From: an uncultured Francisella sp.
GTDB lineage: Bacteria; Pseudomonadota; Gammaproteobacteria; Thiomicrospirales; Thiomicrospiraceae
Reading direction: 5' to 3'
Assembly (NCBI GenBank): GCA_964519885.1
Contig: CAZFLX010000004.1
Span: forward strand, 8,106 to 72,105
Length of the DNA stretch: 64,000 bases
How positions within the stretch are numbered: the first letter of the stretch is position 1; every line of letters starts with the position of its first letter. Below the pieces are notes generated by a model. It was not told the DNA's origin. It did not search any database and saw only the letters and a program-made list of their open reading frames with translations. Position numbers and translations under genes: made by a program. Shown here one piece after another: positions 19,934 through 30,213 of the stretch.

Positions 19934-20845
19934 ATGATCCAATCAAACGAACTGATGCAGTTTGCCGAAGAAGCCACAGCAATTGAAGAAGTTTCTCTTG
20001 CTCCTTGGCGTGTGTTGGTGGTGGATGATGATGGCGAAGTTCACCAAGCTACGCGCTACGCATTAGAGGGTTCACGCTTATTGGGGCGAACAGTTAGCCT
20101 GATTCATGCCTACAGCGCTGCCGAGGCAGAGCAGTTATTGCGTCAAACCCCAGACATTGCAGTGGTGTTGTTAGACGTGGTGATGGAATCTGATGACAGT
20201 GGCTTGTGTTTAATTGATCTGATTCGTGGCGAACTTGACCGTCAAAGTTTGCGCATTATCTTACGTACGGGGCAGCCAGGTACAGCGCCAGAATCAACGC
20301 TGGTAGCCCGTTACGACATTCATGATTACATGCTTAAAACCGACGTTAGTCGGGAAAGATTGGTAACCAGTCTCACCACTGCGGTGCGTACTTATGAACA
20401 AATGGCGAACTTGGCGTTGATGGAGCGTCAATTGGCCTCGGCAGTGCGCGCTGTGGATCGTTGCTTAGATTTACATACCCCTGAAGCCTTTGCACAATTC
20501 TATGCTCAGCAGTTAACCAATATTTATCACTTATCACCCGTGATGGCATTTTTTTGGTCGTTGAACTCGCCCGACAAGGCGCAGTTAGTGGCCAGTCAAG
20601 AGGCGCACCAAGCCAGTATGGGGCAGACATTAGATCAGTTAGCCGATCAAGAACTGGCAAATTACGTGCGTCAACTGACGTCTGTTGCAGCGAATGATCT
20701 ACCTGCTGACTGTTTGATGCTGAGTTCGGCTCAGCACAAGTTACTGGTCATCTTGGCTGATGAGCCTCAAGCTCATCACGTGTTGACAAGCAGTTGGCAG
20801 GTGTTTCATTCCCTAATGGGTGTGTGCTTCAAACACGTTTGCTAA
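19934..20845 (+). CDS. response regulator: receiver plus ~150-aa C-terminal region with no recognisable output domain
   Basis: VLVVDDDGEVH, VVLLDVVMESDDSG, ILRTGQPG and YMLKTD. This resembles receivers that normally precede DUF3369/HD-GYP domains, but no HD-GYP is present here. Confidence 0.8.
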   Translation: MIQSNELMQFAEEATAIEEVSLAPWRVLVVDDDGEVHQATRYALEGSRLLGRTVSLIHAYSAAEAEQLLRQTPDIAVVLLDVVMESDDSGLCLIDLIRGELDRQSLRIILRTGQPGTAPESTLVARYDIHDYMLKTDVSRERLVTSLTTAVRTYEQMANLALMERQLASAVRAVDRCLDLHTPEAFAQFYAQQLTNIYHLSPVMAFFWSLNSPDKAQLVASQEAHQASMGQTLDQLADQELANYVRQLTSVAANDLPADCLMLSSAQHKLLVILADEPQAHHVLTSSWQVFHSLMGVCFKHVC

Positions 20846-20857
20846 TCAGGTCTGATT

Positions 20858-22477
20858 ATGGAGCAAGCAAGCGCGATGTCGCCGGGATTAACTTGGTGGC
20901 GTTCGTTACGCTTCAGATTTTTGCTGATGCTCCTCTCTGTGATGATTGGCTTTTATCTATGGGTCGATTATAACGTTTCCTCCGTGCTTAAAGATGTCGC
21001 ACTTGAACACACCAGAAGTAGCGTTCATTTAACTTCCGAAACCTTGAACCTAGCTATCACGCCGCACACCACGCTCAGTGGTATTCGCGGTTTATCCGAT
21101 TACTTTACCGAGTTACTGAACTATGATGGCAGTGGTTTGGTTTATATTGGTTTGTATGATGAGCATCGCGTTTTAATCGCTGGTGCTGGCTTAGAGGCCT
21201 ATCGAGAAGTGGATGCCGCATTACCGATGGACGAGCAAATTGCTCAAGGTTTGGTTCATGTTCGCCAACCCATCTTAATTTTGAATAGTCAGGTAGGTGA
21301 ATTGCGCTACGGGCTTTCTTTGGTTGATTTCGATCAAAATGTTCATCTGATTCATCAAAACAACCTCTGGTTTTTACTCTTGTCGGTATTTTTGGCGGTA
21401 GTGGTGTTGCTGGCTTTTTTTGTCAGACTCAATCAACGCTTTTCTCGCTTATTGTCCACCAGTCAGTCTATTGCTAAAGGCAATTATCAAGAGCGGCTTC
21501 CTCTCGAGCAGCCAGATGAGTTGACGCAATTAGCGCATCATGTCAATGCCATCGCTGATGCGGTGGCTTCGAGGATTCAAGCCTTAGAATCGAGCCAGTC
21601 AGAAATTGAACAACTCAACAGTGAGCTTGAAAAAAGAGTGGCCGAAAGAACCAAAGCCTTAAGCGAAGCCTTAACCCGGCTCGAAGATACCCAGCACCAC
21701 TTGATTCACGCAGAAAAATTAGCCAGTTTGGGTGCCTTGGTAGCTGGCGTGTCGCATGAGTTGAATACGCCCGTCGGCAATGCCTTAACCGTCATCACCA
21801 CGCTGGCAGACAAACAACAAGATTTTAATCAAGTCTTAGCTCAAGGCAGTTTACGTAAATCGGATTTGGAAACCTTTGTTGCGAATGTGCAAGAGGCACA
21901 AAGCCTCACCAGTCGTAACCTGCGTAAAGCAGCCGATCTGATTCAAAGTTTCAAACAGGTTGCGATAGACCAAACCAGCTATCAGCGTCGCCATTTTAAT
22001 TTACTGGCCACCGTTGAAGAAGTCTTAATGACCATTCAGCCGATGTTGCGACCGGTAAACGTACAAATTGTCACCGACATTGCACCAGATATTAATTTGA
22101 ATGGTTTTCCCGGTCCTTTAGGTCAGGTGATTACCAATTTGATTGCCAACGCCTTAACCCATGCTTTTGATGAAGCGAGTTCGGCGCCACTGATTCGCAT
22201 TCTGGCTTATCCCAGCGATAATCTCGCATGGTTATGTTTAGAAGTTGAAGACAATGGTAAGGGTATTGCACCAGAACATATTAAAAAAGTTTTTGATCCA
22301 TTTTTTACTACACGGCTCGGTAAAGGGGGCAGTGGTTTAGGATTGCATATTGTGCACAACTTAGTTACCGGCATTTTGGGCGGCAGAATTGTCATTGATA
22401 GTGAGTTAATGCGGGGCACCAAATTCATTATGAAATTACCTAAAGAAGCCCCCAATGCGGATGCAATGGCGTTATGA
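20858..22477 (+). CDS. membrane sensor histidine kinase (periplasmic domain, HAMP, coiled coil, HisKA, HATPase)
   Basis: Two TM segments. H-box GVSHELNTPVGN, N-box ITNLIANALTHA and G-boxes DNGKGI and GGSGLGLHIV. Confidence 0.88.
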   Translation: MEQASAMSPGLTWWRSLRFRFLLMLLSVMIGFYLWVDYNVSSVLKDVALEHTRSSVHLTSETLNLAITPHTTLSGIRGLSDYFTELLNYDGSGLVYIGLYDEHRVLIAGAGLEAYREVDAALPMDEQIAQGLVHVRQPILILNSQVGELRYGLSLVDFDQNVHLIHQNNLWFLLLSVFLAVVVLLAFFVRLNQRFSRLLSTSQSIAKGNYQERLPLEQPDELTQLAHHVNAIADAVASRIQALESSQSEIEQLNSELEKRVAERTKALSEALTRLEDTQHHLIHAEKLASLGALVAGVSHELNTPVGNALTVITTLADKQQDFNQVLAQGSLRKSDLETFVANVQEAQSLTSRNLRKAADLIQSFKQVAIDQTSYQRRHFNLLATVEEVLMTIQPMLRPVNVQIVTDIAPDINLNGFPGPLGQVITNLIANALTHAFDEASSAPLIRILAYPSDNLAWLCLEVEDNGKGIAPEHIKKVFDPFFTTRLGKGGSGLGLHIVHNLVTGILGGRIVIDSELMRGTKFIMKLPKEAPNADAMAL

Positions 22478-23655
22478 GCACTAAACCTTGGTGGCGGCCC
22501 ATTTTGGGTTCGGGATTGCTGTTATGCTCTGCCAGCTCACACGCCGAATGGAATGGATTTGCGACACTTGGCGGAGCTTGGTTTTCTAATGCCAATGCCG
22601 ACTATGTTTACAATAATCTTTCTACCGGTTCAGGTCATAGCTATAACCCAGATTTGGGTTTAGATTCAAAATTAGGCCTTCAGTGGACTGACAAGTGGCA
22701 TGAGTCGGTTAGGGTTAACGCACAAGCCTTGGTTGCTCGTAATTCAGTCAATGAATTTTCACCAAACATTACCCTAGCTAATCTTGCTTTCGACTTGAGT
22801 GACCGTGTTTCCTTAACCTTGGGGCGGACACAAAACCCCAATTTCATTTATTCAGACCACCGACACATTAATTACGCCTTGCCTTGGGTGCGTCCTCCCA
22901 GCGAAGTCTATGGCGTCACCAGTATTTTCAATTATGATGGCGTGCAAGCAACGATTGAATTAGCAAGACATCATACTCAAGCCACCAAGCTTGTGGTGGG
23001 GGCGGCTCAGGCAGAAAATCATTATTCTTTTGACGCTGGGCATAGTCAAAATAGTTTAAAAGCAACCGAGATGATCTATGCCAGCTTGTCTCGTCAGTCT
23101 TATCGTTGGTTGTTTAAGCTGAGCGTGGAAACAGGACGATTATCGACGGATAATATGATGCTGTCACAAGCCTTGGATAACATTGCGCTGACTAATGCGG
23201 GCTTATCGCAACGCTTATCGTTAGACCACAAGCCTTATTACTTGGTAGCACTGGGCATGAAGTATGATACAGATGACCATGTATTGATTGCTGAATTGGC
23301 CCATCGAAAATTATCGGCTTATTTCGGTCAGCGAACGGGTGCTTACCTTACCTATGGTCGGCGTTTGAATGATTGGATGCCCTATATTACCTTGGCCAGA
23401 ACGCAAACAGCCTTGGACAATGACGCTGACCCAATTGCACAGAAATTGTTCACCAGTGCTAGAGATGCGTCGACTTCTGTTGCGCTGGGTGCTTCGGTTG
23501 AGCTGAACGCACAGATGACGTTAAAAGCCGAAACCAAATGGTTAAAGCCCGATGCCAATAGTGGTTGGACTTATGCCAATTATCAACCGGGTTATGATTT
23601 ATCTCGCCCCGGAGAAGATTGGTTGTTCAGTATTGCCGTCAGTACGGTGTTCTAG
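22474..23655 (+). CDS. predicted outer-membrane beta-barrel (porin-like) protein
   Basis: ATGA overlap with the kinase stop. Signal peptide ...LLLCSASSHA, alternating amphipathic strands and a C-terminal ...IAVSTVF (terminal Phe). Confidence 0.6.
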   Translation: MSTKPWWRPILGSGLLLCSASSHAEWNGFATLGGAWFSNANADYVYNNLSTGSGHSYNPDLGLDSKLGLQWTDKWHESVRVNAQALVARNSVNEFSPNITLANLAFDLSDRVSLTLGRTQNPNFIYSDHRHINYALPWVRPPSEVYGVTSIFNYDGVQATIELARHHTQATKLVVGAAQAENHYSFDAGHSQNSLKATEMIYASLSRQSYRWLFKLSVETGRLSTDNMMLSQALDNIALTNAGLSQRLSLDHKPYYLVALGMKYDTDDHVLIAELAHRKLSAYFGQRTGAYLTYGRRLNDWMPYITLARTQTALDNDADPIAQKLFTSARDASTSVALGASVELNAQMTLKAETKWLKPDANSGWTYANYQPGYDLSRPGEDWLFSIAVSTVF

Positions 23656-23656
23656 C

Positions 23657-24148
23657 ATGGTTTCGATGAAGCTGTTTTGGTTGAGTGTGTTCTGCTTCCT
23701 GTGGTCGCCGATGTTACAGGCCGCCTCTTGGCAGGTCGTTACCCATAAAGAGAGTTTGATTCAGCCGCTGACCACGTCCGAAGTTAAGTATCTTTTCACT
23801 GAAGGGCGTGTGCAAGGTTATGCGCCAGAATTGATTGATTTAGCTGAAGAGAGTTTACGGGCCAGTTTTTACCAAACCGTGTTGAATATTTCATTGAATC
23901 GTTGGCGCGCCAACTGGGCAAAACGGGTGTTTGCTGGCACGCAACAACTTCCGAAACAGTTAACCCTAGACTATGTGATGCAGTATTTAGCCACCAACCC
24001 GAATGCGGTTGCCTATTTACCCGACTATGTGATCTTGCCGGTAACGCTTAAGGTGATTTACTGTGATCCCCGAGAAATTCCGGTGATGGGTCAGCAGACC
24101 TGTCCCACCGAGTTATTAAGGATAAAGCAACTGCGCAATCAAGAATGA
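23657..24148 (+). CDS. small exported protein, possibly a phosphate-binding-protein-like (PBP-like) fold
   Basis: The start lies 1 nt after the barrel gene stop. Signal peptide MVSMKLFWLSVFCFLWSPMLQA. The family assignment is from memory of similar short PstS-like annotations and is weak. Confidence 0.45.
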   Translation: MVSMKLFWLSVFCFLWSPMLQAASWQVVTHKESLIQPLTTSEVKYLFTEGRVQGYAPELIDLAEESLRASFYQTVLNISLNRWRANWAKRVFAGTQQLPKQLTLDYVMQYLATNPNAVAYLPDYVILPVTLKVIYCDPREIPVMGQQTCPTELLRIKQLRNQE

Positions 24149-24175
24149 GTTGAAGCCCAATGTGTGATCGGGCAT

Positions 24176-25144
24176 TTAGTGATTGCGATTAACCGATAAT
24201 TTGGCTAAGTCGATTAAAGCGGTTTTATAGTCACTGTCGGGCAGCACTGCCAAGGCAGCGATGGCACGATCTACGGCATCTTCTGCGGCTTGTTTGGTAT
24301 CATTTAAGGCATTGGTTTTATGAATGATGGCGGTAATTTCACTCAGATTGTCTGTGTTGCCTTGTTCGATGGCCTGTCGTATGAGTGCTTGTTCTGCACT
24401 GTCTGAACGCGCCAAGGCCAGAATGAGTGGTAGCGTAGGTTTCCCTTCAGCCAAATCTTTTCCCAGAGTTTTCCCTAGCTCGGTCTCGTCAGCCGCATAG
24501 TCGAGCACATCATCAATCAGTTGGTAGGCGTTGCCTAACTCTTTACCATAGGTGCTTAAGGCCTGTTCAACGGCTAATGGCTGGTTTGCCAACACCGCAC
24601 CGAGTTGTGCGCTGGCCTCAAACAATTTGGCTGTTTTACGATAAATGACCTGAAAATAACGTTCACTGTCCGTATCTGCATCGTGACAATTAAGCAGCTG
24701 CAACACTTCGCCTGCTGCAATGATATTAGTGGTCTCAGCCATCAGCGATAGGATGCGTAAATTCTGCGGTTCAACCATCAGTTGAAATGAGCGTGAATAT
24801 AAGAAATCACCTACTAAAACGCTTGCCGCATTACCCCAATTGGCATTAGCAGTGGCTTGACCACGACGGGTATCGGCTTCATCGACAACATCGTCATGTA
24901 ATAAGGTGGAGGTGTGGATAAACTCAACCACAGCCGCCATGGTGTGGTGATGAACCCCCTCATAGCCGCAAGCCTTGGCAGCTAACAACACGATTAACGG
25001 ACGCACGCGTTTACCACCACTTTGAATAATGTGATGACCGATTTGGTTGATTAAAGCCACATCTGAACTTAAACGACTCAAAATCAGTTGGTCGGTCGCT
25101 TTAAGATCTTCGCTAACGCAGGCGCGTATCTGATTAATGCTCAT
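24176..25144 (-). CDS. ispB: octaprenyl-diphosphate synthase
   Basis: 322 aa with DDVVDEADTRRG (first DDxxD) and LIDDVLD (second). Confidence 0.9.
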   Translation of the reverse strand: MSINQIRACVSEDLKATDQLILSRLSSDVALINQIGHHIIQSGGKRVRPLIVLLAAKACGYEGVHHHTMAAVVEFIHTSTLLHDDVVDEADTRRGQATANANWGNAASVLVGDFLYSRSFQLMVEPQNLRILSLMAETTNIIAAGEVLQLLNCHDADTDSERYFQVIYRKTAKLFEASAQLGAVLANQPLAVEQALSTYGKELGNAYQLIDDVLDYAADETELGKTLGKDLAEGKPTLPLILALARSDSAEQALIRQAIEQGNTDNLSEITAIIHKTNALNDTKQAAEDAVDRAIAALAVLPDSDYKTALIDLAKLSVNRNH

Positions 25145-25204
25145 AAGTTGAGGGTGTTTTAGTGTCCATAGCCGGCTATTGTAACTAAAAGGCTATTCAT
25201 GGGT

Positions 25205-25828
25205 CTATGGTGTCGGTTCATCTTTCGACGTTTTTCGCTGTCGTCTTTTCCACAACCAGTAGCCAGCAGTTCCAGTAATCAGTAAACTAGCCGCGATCCA
25301 AGCACCGGTTTCACTTTGATCTGCCAGCCAACCTAAAGCAAAACCAGGAGCTAGATAGGCAGGAGCCCAAATCATGGCGGAAACGACATTCCAGGCGGTA
25401 AATTTTTTCTGCGTCATGCCCAAAATACCCGCTAATACAGGGATGGTGGCGCGTAAAGGACCGAAAAATCGACCAATGAGAATGGAGATTCCACCCCAAC
25501 GAGTGAAAAAGGCTTCGCCATGATCCACCCATTCGGGATGTTTGCTCAATGGCCACATGTTCAAAATAGCATAGCGGTAGTGTTTGCCAATCCAGAAACT
25601 CAAGCCATCACCGACCACCGCACCGACAATGCACCAGAAGATGACCAACCAAGGATCGAGTACATTAGTAGCAATTAAGCCGCCCAGCATCAGCATAAAA
25701 GGCAAGCCAGGAACGATAATCCCCAAAATAACCATCGACTCAACAAATGCAATCAAAAAAATGACCCACCAAGCATGTGCTTGGTTGCTGATGACCCACT
25801 GATTGATGATGTCGATGTATTCGGTCAT
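25205..25828 (-). CDS. DedA family membrane protein
   Basis: 207 aa. ...FVESMVILGIIVPG... and the GRFFGPLRATIPVLAG motif. Confidence 0.85.
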   Translation of the reverse strand: MTEYIDIINQWVISNQAHAWWVIFLIAFVESMVILGIIVPGLPFMLMLGGLIATNVLDPWLVIFWCIVGAVVGDGLSFWIGKHYRYAILNMWPLSKHPEWVDHGEAFFTRWGGISILIGRFFGPLRATIPVLAGILGMTQKKFTAWNVVSAMIWAPAYLAPGFALGWLADQSETGAWIAASLLITGTAGYWLWKRRQRKTSKDEPTP

Positions 25829-25837
25829 TGGGTGTGT

Positions 25838-26650
25838 CTAGCCACGTTTGAATTGGCGAATTAACTGATCAAATTTTTGCGCATCGGGGCTATCGTTCAA
25901 CTCTTTACTCAGCAAACGACGGCTTTTTTTGGCATCCTCAATGATTTTATCAATCGCTTGAATCATAAAAAAACCATAACTGTTTTCGTTCATGCTGGTA
26001 AAGTCGCGTTGTTGAGCATACCAAAGGTTTTTCAATTTCGGTTCTTTACCCATTTTCTGTATTAAATGTTCCAGCAATAGATTGGTATTGGCTAAACGCT
26101 TAGGAATGGGGTAAATATTGAAGTTAGCCCCTTGGTAAGCATCATACTCCATGATCATCAGTTCGCTAACACGAGCCAAATCATCCATGCCGCGTTCTTT
26201 TACCAAGCGCAGTCCTTCGGTTAGGCGGTCGCGCTCGATCACAGGATGGCGGTCAACCCATTTTAGAAAGGTAAGTAACCAGTTTTGACGCTCGTAGTAA
26301 CGATTGTAACCCACCGCCCAAGGGTAAAGCTGTAAGTTAGAAAAGACTTCTTCTTTTTCGGTGCGTAACACATCTGGGGTTTGCCAGCCCACCGTATCGT
26401 TGGTGTTCAGCGCGCAGCTGATACCCGATGAAAAAGCCTTGCTGGCGGTAATCGATTGAATGTAAACACGGCTTTGTTTTTCATTCACTAATGCGGTTAC
26501 CTTGCCTTGTCCGTAGGCATCATCGTCGATATTGATGGCAGGCATATCTATCCAGACGCGATCGCCCGTTGCAGGCGTGTAGGCAAAAGCATGAGTGGTT
26601 ATAAGCAGTAATAAAGCGCTTATGCTGGCACGAATGGTTTTTTGTTGCAT
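25838..26650 (-). CDS. exported hypothetical protein
   Basis: Signal peptide ...LLLLITTHAFA. The mature protein is helical and charged. No family recognised. Confidence 0.6.
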   Translation of the reverse strand: MQQKTIRASISALLLLITTHAFAYTPATGDRVWIDMPAINIDDDAYGQGKVTALVNEKQSRVYIQSITASKAFSSGISCALNTNDTVGWQTPDVLRTEKEEVFSNLQLYPWAVGYNRYYERQNWLLTFLKWVDRHPVIERDRLTEGLRLVKERGMDDLARVSELMIMEYDAYQGANFNIYPIPKRLANTNLLLEHLIQKMGKEPKLKNLWYAQQRDFTSMNENSYGFFMIQAIDKIIEDAKKSRRLLSKELNDSPDAQKFDQLIRQFKRG

Positions 26651-26753
26651 GATTTTACCTGCATTCCATAATGATTGACCTTGAGCAGGTTACAATAATG
26701 CACAACGCATTAAGGCGCAAGCTGTTAGCAAACAAAAATAATTAGGGAAGTAT

Positions 26754-28976
26754 ATGGACAAGGGTTTGGCCAGTTGTAGTCGGGGATTGGCACCACTATT
26801 AGCGGATGAGTTACGCGCGCTCGGATTAGAAGTCAAGGAAGCCCCGCATGGCGTTTGGTTTTGGGGTGGTTTGTCTGCTGCCTACAAAGCGGTTTTGTGG
26901 TCACGTTTGGCCAGTCGTATTATGCTGGTGCTGTGTGAAGGTGAAGTCTTGTCTGAACCCGATATGAAAGCGCTGGTGAGTGAGATTGATTGGTCGCGGT
27001 GGTTAAGGCCAACGGGTCGTATTGCTATTGAGTTTCACGGTAAATTGCCTTTTGTGCGTAATACCCAATTTGGTGAACAGAAGGTTAAGGATTATATTGC
27101 TGACTGGTTTCGTGAGCAGCACGGCGAGCGTCCCTCGGTGGATACGGAACAGCCCGATGTGCGTTTGCAAGCTTGGGCGGATCATGGTCGCTTTTCGCTT
27201 ACGGTCGATATGTCAGGTTATGGTTTGCACGCTCGTGGTTATCGTATTGAAGCGGGTGCCGCACCAATGCGTGAAACCTTGGCAGCCGGTTTGTTGATGA
27301 AATCGGCTTGGCTTGATACGGCAGCGCAAGGCGGCACTTTGCTTGATCCTATGTGTGGTAGTGGTACGCTACTGATTGAAGGTGCATGGATGGCAGCGGA
27401 TGTGGCGCCAGGTCTCATGAAAGCCGATAAAATGGGTTTCAGTCGCCATCTCTGTTTTGATCAAGACCTATGGGCAGGCTTGGTCGAGGAAGCTAAAACA
27501 CGCAAAGCAGCGGGATTGAAAAATCTACCCAAATTAATTGGGTTTGACTTGAATCAATGGGTATTGCAAAAAGCCATGGATAACGCTTATCGCGCTGGTG
27601 TCGGTGAGGCGATTCATTTTGAAGCCTTGCCGTTAGGAAAGTGGCATAATCCTGGTTGGAAACAGGGATTGATTATCACCAATCCGCCGTATGGCGAACG
27701 TTTGGGTGATGAAGCCTCGCTGAAACCGGTTTATCAGCAATTAGGGCAAGTATTATTGCAAGAATGTGTCGATTGGCAAGCAGCGATTTACACCAGCAAT
27801 GAAACCCTAGGTCATTGGTTGGGCTTGCGTGCGGAAAAAATGCACGCTTTTGCTAATGGTCCATTGGAAGGTAAATTATTGCGCCTAACCATTAACGAAC
27901 AGGCGGTGAAGGTTACGCCAATCAACATCGGCTTGAACTTGGTGGCGGAAGTGGTGCAAGGCCGTGCCAATTTAGCCGAAAGTGACGGCGCCCAAATGTT
28001 TGCCAATCGCTTGCGTAAAAATTTGAAAAACCTGGGCAAGCAAGCACAAAAAGAAGGCGTTTATGCTTATCGGGTTTACGATGCCGATATGCCTGAATAT
28101 GCCTTTGCTATCGATATTTATCATGCCGAAAAAGACGATTGGGTGCAGGTGCAAGAGTATGCGCCCCCCCGTTCGGTGGATGAAAAAGCCGCACGTCGTC
28201 GCTTGTTTGAAGGCATGTCGGTATTGCCTAGCGTGTTGAACATTCCCGCAGAAAACTTTCACTTTAAGCGTCGTCAAGTGCAGAAAGGTGACCAGCAGTA
28301 CGAAGTTCAGTCTGACGAGCACTTATATGATTGGGTGAAAGAAGGGGATTGTCATTTTTTAGTCGATTTAACCGGTTATTTAGATACAGGTCTGTTTTTA
28401 GATCATCGTCCTATTCGACTCTGGTTAGCGCAACAAGCTAAAGATAAGCACTGCTTAAATTTATTTTGCTACACAGGTAGTGCTAGTGTGCACATGGCCA
28501 AGGCAGGTGCGAAAAGTGTCACCAGTGTCGATTTGTCGAAAACCTATTTAGGCTGGGCGCAAGAAAATGCTGCCGACAATGGCTTGCCTTATCAGGGTCA
28601 AAAAATTTATTGGGAACGCGACGATGTTCTTGATTGGCTAGATGCCATGGCCAGTCTGCCGGTGCACGCGCGTCCCCAATATGATTTGATATTCTGTGAC
28701 CCACCGAGCTTTTCCAATTCCAAAAAAATGGAAGGCACGCTGGATGTGCAACGTGATCACGTCAAAATGATTGCCGATATGGGTATGTTGTTAGCGCCAG
28801 GCGGCACCTTGGTGTTTTCAACCAATTTACGTGGATTTAAGCTGAATCAATCTGCCATGGATGAGATGGGATGGCGCGTCACCGATATGAGCAAGCAGAG
28901 CATTGGATTTGATTTTGCACGAAATAGCAAAATTCATCAGGTATGGGGCTTGCAAATAGCAGAGGATGCGCTATAA
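26754..28976 (+). CDS. rlmL: bifunctional 23S rRNA (G2445-N2)/(G2069-N7) methyltransferase RlmKL
   Basis: 740 aa with an N-terminal THUMP-like region, DPMCGSGTLLIEG, NPPYGERLG and a second C-terminal methyltransferase (LFCYTGSASV...DPPSFS). Confidence 0.9.
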   Translation: MDKGLASCSRGLAPLLADELRALGLEVKEAPHGVWFWGGLSAAYKAVLWSRLASRIMLVLCEGEVLSEPDMKALVSEIDWSRWLRPTGRIAIEFHGKLPFVRNTQFGEQKVKDYIADWFREQHGERPSVDTEQPDVRLQAWADHGRFSLTVDMSGYGLHARGYRIEAGAAPMRETLAAGLLMKSAWLDTAAQGGTLLDPMCGSGTLLIEGAWMAADVAPGLMKADKMGFSRHLCFDQDLWAGLVEEAKTRKAAGLKNLPKLIGFDLNQWVLQKAMDNAYRAGVGEAIHFEALPLGKWHNPGWKQGLIITNPPYGERLGDEASLKPVYQQLGQVLLQECVDWQAAIYTSNETLGHWLGLRAEKMHAFANGPLEGKLLRLTINEQAVKVTPINIGLNLVAEVVQGRANLAESDGAQMFANRLRKNLKNLGKQAQKEGVYAYRVYDADMPEYAFAIDIYHAEKDDWVQVQEYAPPRSVDEKAARRRLFEGMSVLPSVLNIPAENFHFKRRQVQKGDQQYEVQSDEHLYDWVKEGDCHFLVDLTGYLDTGLFLDHRPIRLWLAQQAKDKHCLNLFCYTGSASVHMAKAGAKSVTSVDLSKTYLGWAQENAADNGLPYQGQKIYWERDDVLDWLDAMASLPVHARPQYDLIFCDPPSFSNSKKMEGTLDVQRDHVKMIADMGMLLAPGGTLVFSTNLRGFKLNQSAMDEMGWRVTDMSKQSIGFDFARNSKIHQVWGLQIAEDAL

Positions 28977-28995
28977 TACGCAAATGCAAATTGAT

Positions 28996-29070
28996 TGGGC
29001 CGTCGCCAAGCGGTAAGGCAGCGGGTTTTGATCCCGCCATGCGTTGGTTCGAATCCAGCCGGCCCAGCCA
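28996..29070 (+). tRNA. tRNA-Gln (anticodon UUG)
   Basis: The cloverleaf folds by hand: acceptor TGGGCCG/CGGCCCA, anticodon stem GCGGG/CCCGC with loop TTTTGAT, T-loop GGTTCGAATCC and an encoded CCA. Confidence 0.93.
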
Positions 29071-29127
29071 TCAAACTGACACTTCTCTGCTTTCACAGCA
29101 AAAAAGTCCCAAAAGGAACTTTTCATC

Positions 29128-30102
29128 GTGGCAAATAACGAATTCATTATCTTCTCTGGCAATGCTAACCTAGTTCTTGCCGAAAGAATTGCTCAATCCC
29201 TCTCTATGCATCTTGGCGAAAGCACCGTTGGTCGCTTTAGTGATGGTGAAATCCAAGTCGAAATCAAAGAATCGGTACGTGGTATGGACATCTATGTGGT
29301 GCAACCGACCTGTACGCCCGATCCGGCTGGTAATCTGATGGAAATGCTGGTGATCATTGATGCGCTAAAGCGCGCTTCGGCTAAACGCATCACGGCAGTC
29401 GTTCCCTATTATGGTTTTGCTCGACAAGATCGCCGCGTCAACTCGGCTCGCGTGCCGATTACCGCCAAACTGACCGCCAATATGATTGCCGCTGCGGGCG
29501 CAGATCGCGTATTGACGGTGGACTTGCATTCAGATCAAATTCAAGGTTTCTTCGATATTCCCGTCGATAACGTTTACGCTTCGCCTTTGTTTATTCAAGA
29601 TATCCGTGCCTCGGGTCGTCCGGTGCGTGTGGTGTCGCCCGACGTGGGTGGTGTGGTGCGTGCGCGTGCCATTGCCAAGCAGTTAGATGCAGATTTGGCC
29701 ATTATCGACAAGCGTCGCCCGCAAGCCAATGTGGCAGAAGTGATGAATATTATTGGTGATGTCGATGGACAGCATTGTATTCTCATTGATGACATGGTTG
29801 ATACAGCAGGTACGCTATGTAAAGCCGCTGCGGCGCTGAAAGAGCGCGGTGCACTTAGTGTGCGTGCTTATGCCACACATGCGGTATTATCGGGTCCAGC
29901 GATTAAAAACCTGAACGAGTCGTCGATTGATGAGTTGGTGGTGACGGATACCATTCCGTTATCCTTGGCAGCGCAAGAGTGCGAAAAGGTTCGCCAACTG
30001 TCTATCGCGCCATTATTAGGTGAAACCATTCGTCGTGTTCACGAAGAAGAGTCCGTCAGCTCGATGATGGCTTCTTTTGTTTCGCTGAAAAATCCAGTAT
30101 AA
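29128..30102 (+). CDS. prs: ribose-phosphate pyrophosphokinase
   Basis: GTG start. [22 protein letters not shown] and DDMVDTAGT. Confidence 0.96.
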   Translation: MANNEFIIFSGNANLVLAERIAQSLSMHLGESTVGRFSDGEIQVEIKESVRGMDIYVVQPTCTPDPAGNLMEMLVIIDALKRASAKRITAVVPYYGFARQDRRVNSARVPITAKLTANMIAAAGADRVLTVDLHSDQIQGFFDIPVDNVYASPLFIQDIRASGRPVRVVSPDVGGVVRARAIAKQLDADLAIIDKRRPQANVAEVMNIIGDVDGQHCILIDDMVDTAGTLCKAAAALKERGALSVRAYATHAVLSGPAIKNLNESSIDELVVTDTIPLSLAAQECEKVRQLSIAPLLGETIRRVHEEESVSSMMASFVSLKNPV

Positions 30103-30118
30103 TTAAACGTTTTCTGAA

Positions 30119-30153
30119 CGCCTAGTGATTGCAAAAGCACTAGGCGCTCTTTC
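30119..30153 (+). terminator. possible terminator or attenuator hairpin after prs
   Basis: 9-bp stem CGCCTAGTG/CACTAGGCG with a 10-nt loop, followed by only a short CTCTTTCC tract. Confidence 0.4.
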
Positions 30154-30213
30154 CTGTGCAGGGGATGGTCGCGTCCTTGCACGTTTTTAATCGACACATT
30201 TTTGGAGTCACTT

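Noticed and set aside
28996-29070. tRNA-Gln as a possible genomic-island integration site.
   Set aside because: There is no adjacent integrase and no direct repeat of the tRNA 3' end nearby. The downstream prs-rplY-pth-ychF string is the conserved native neighbourhood.
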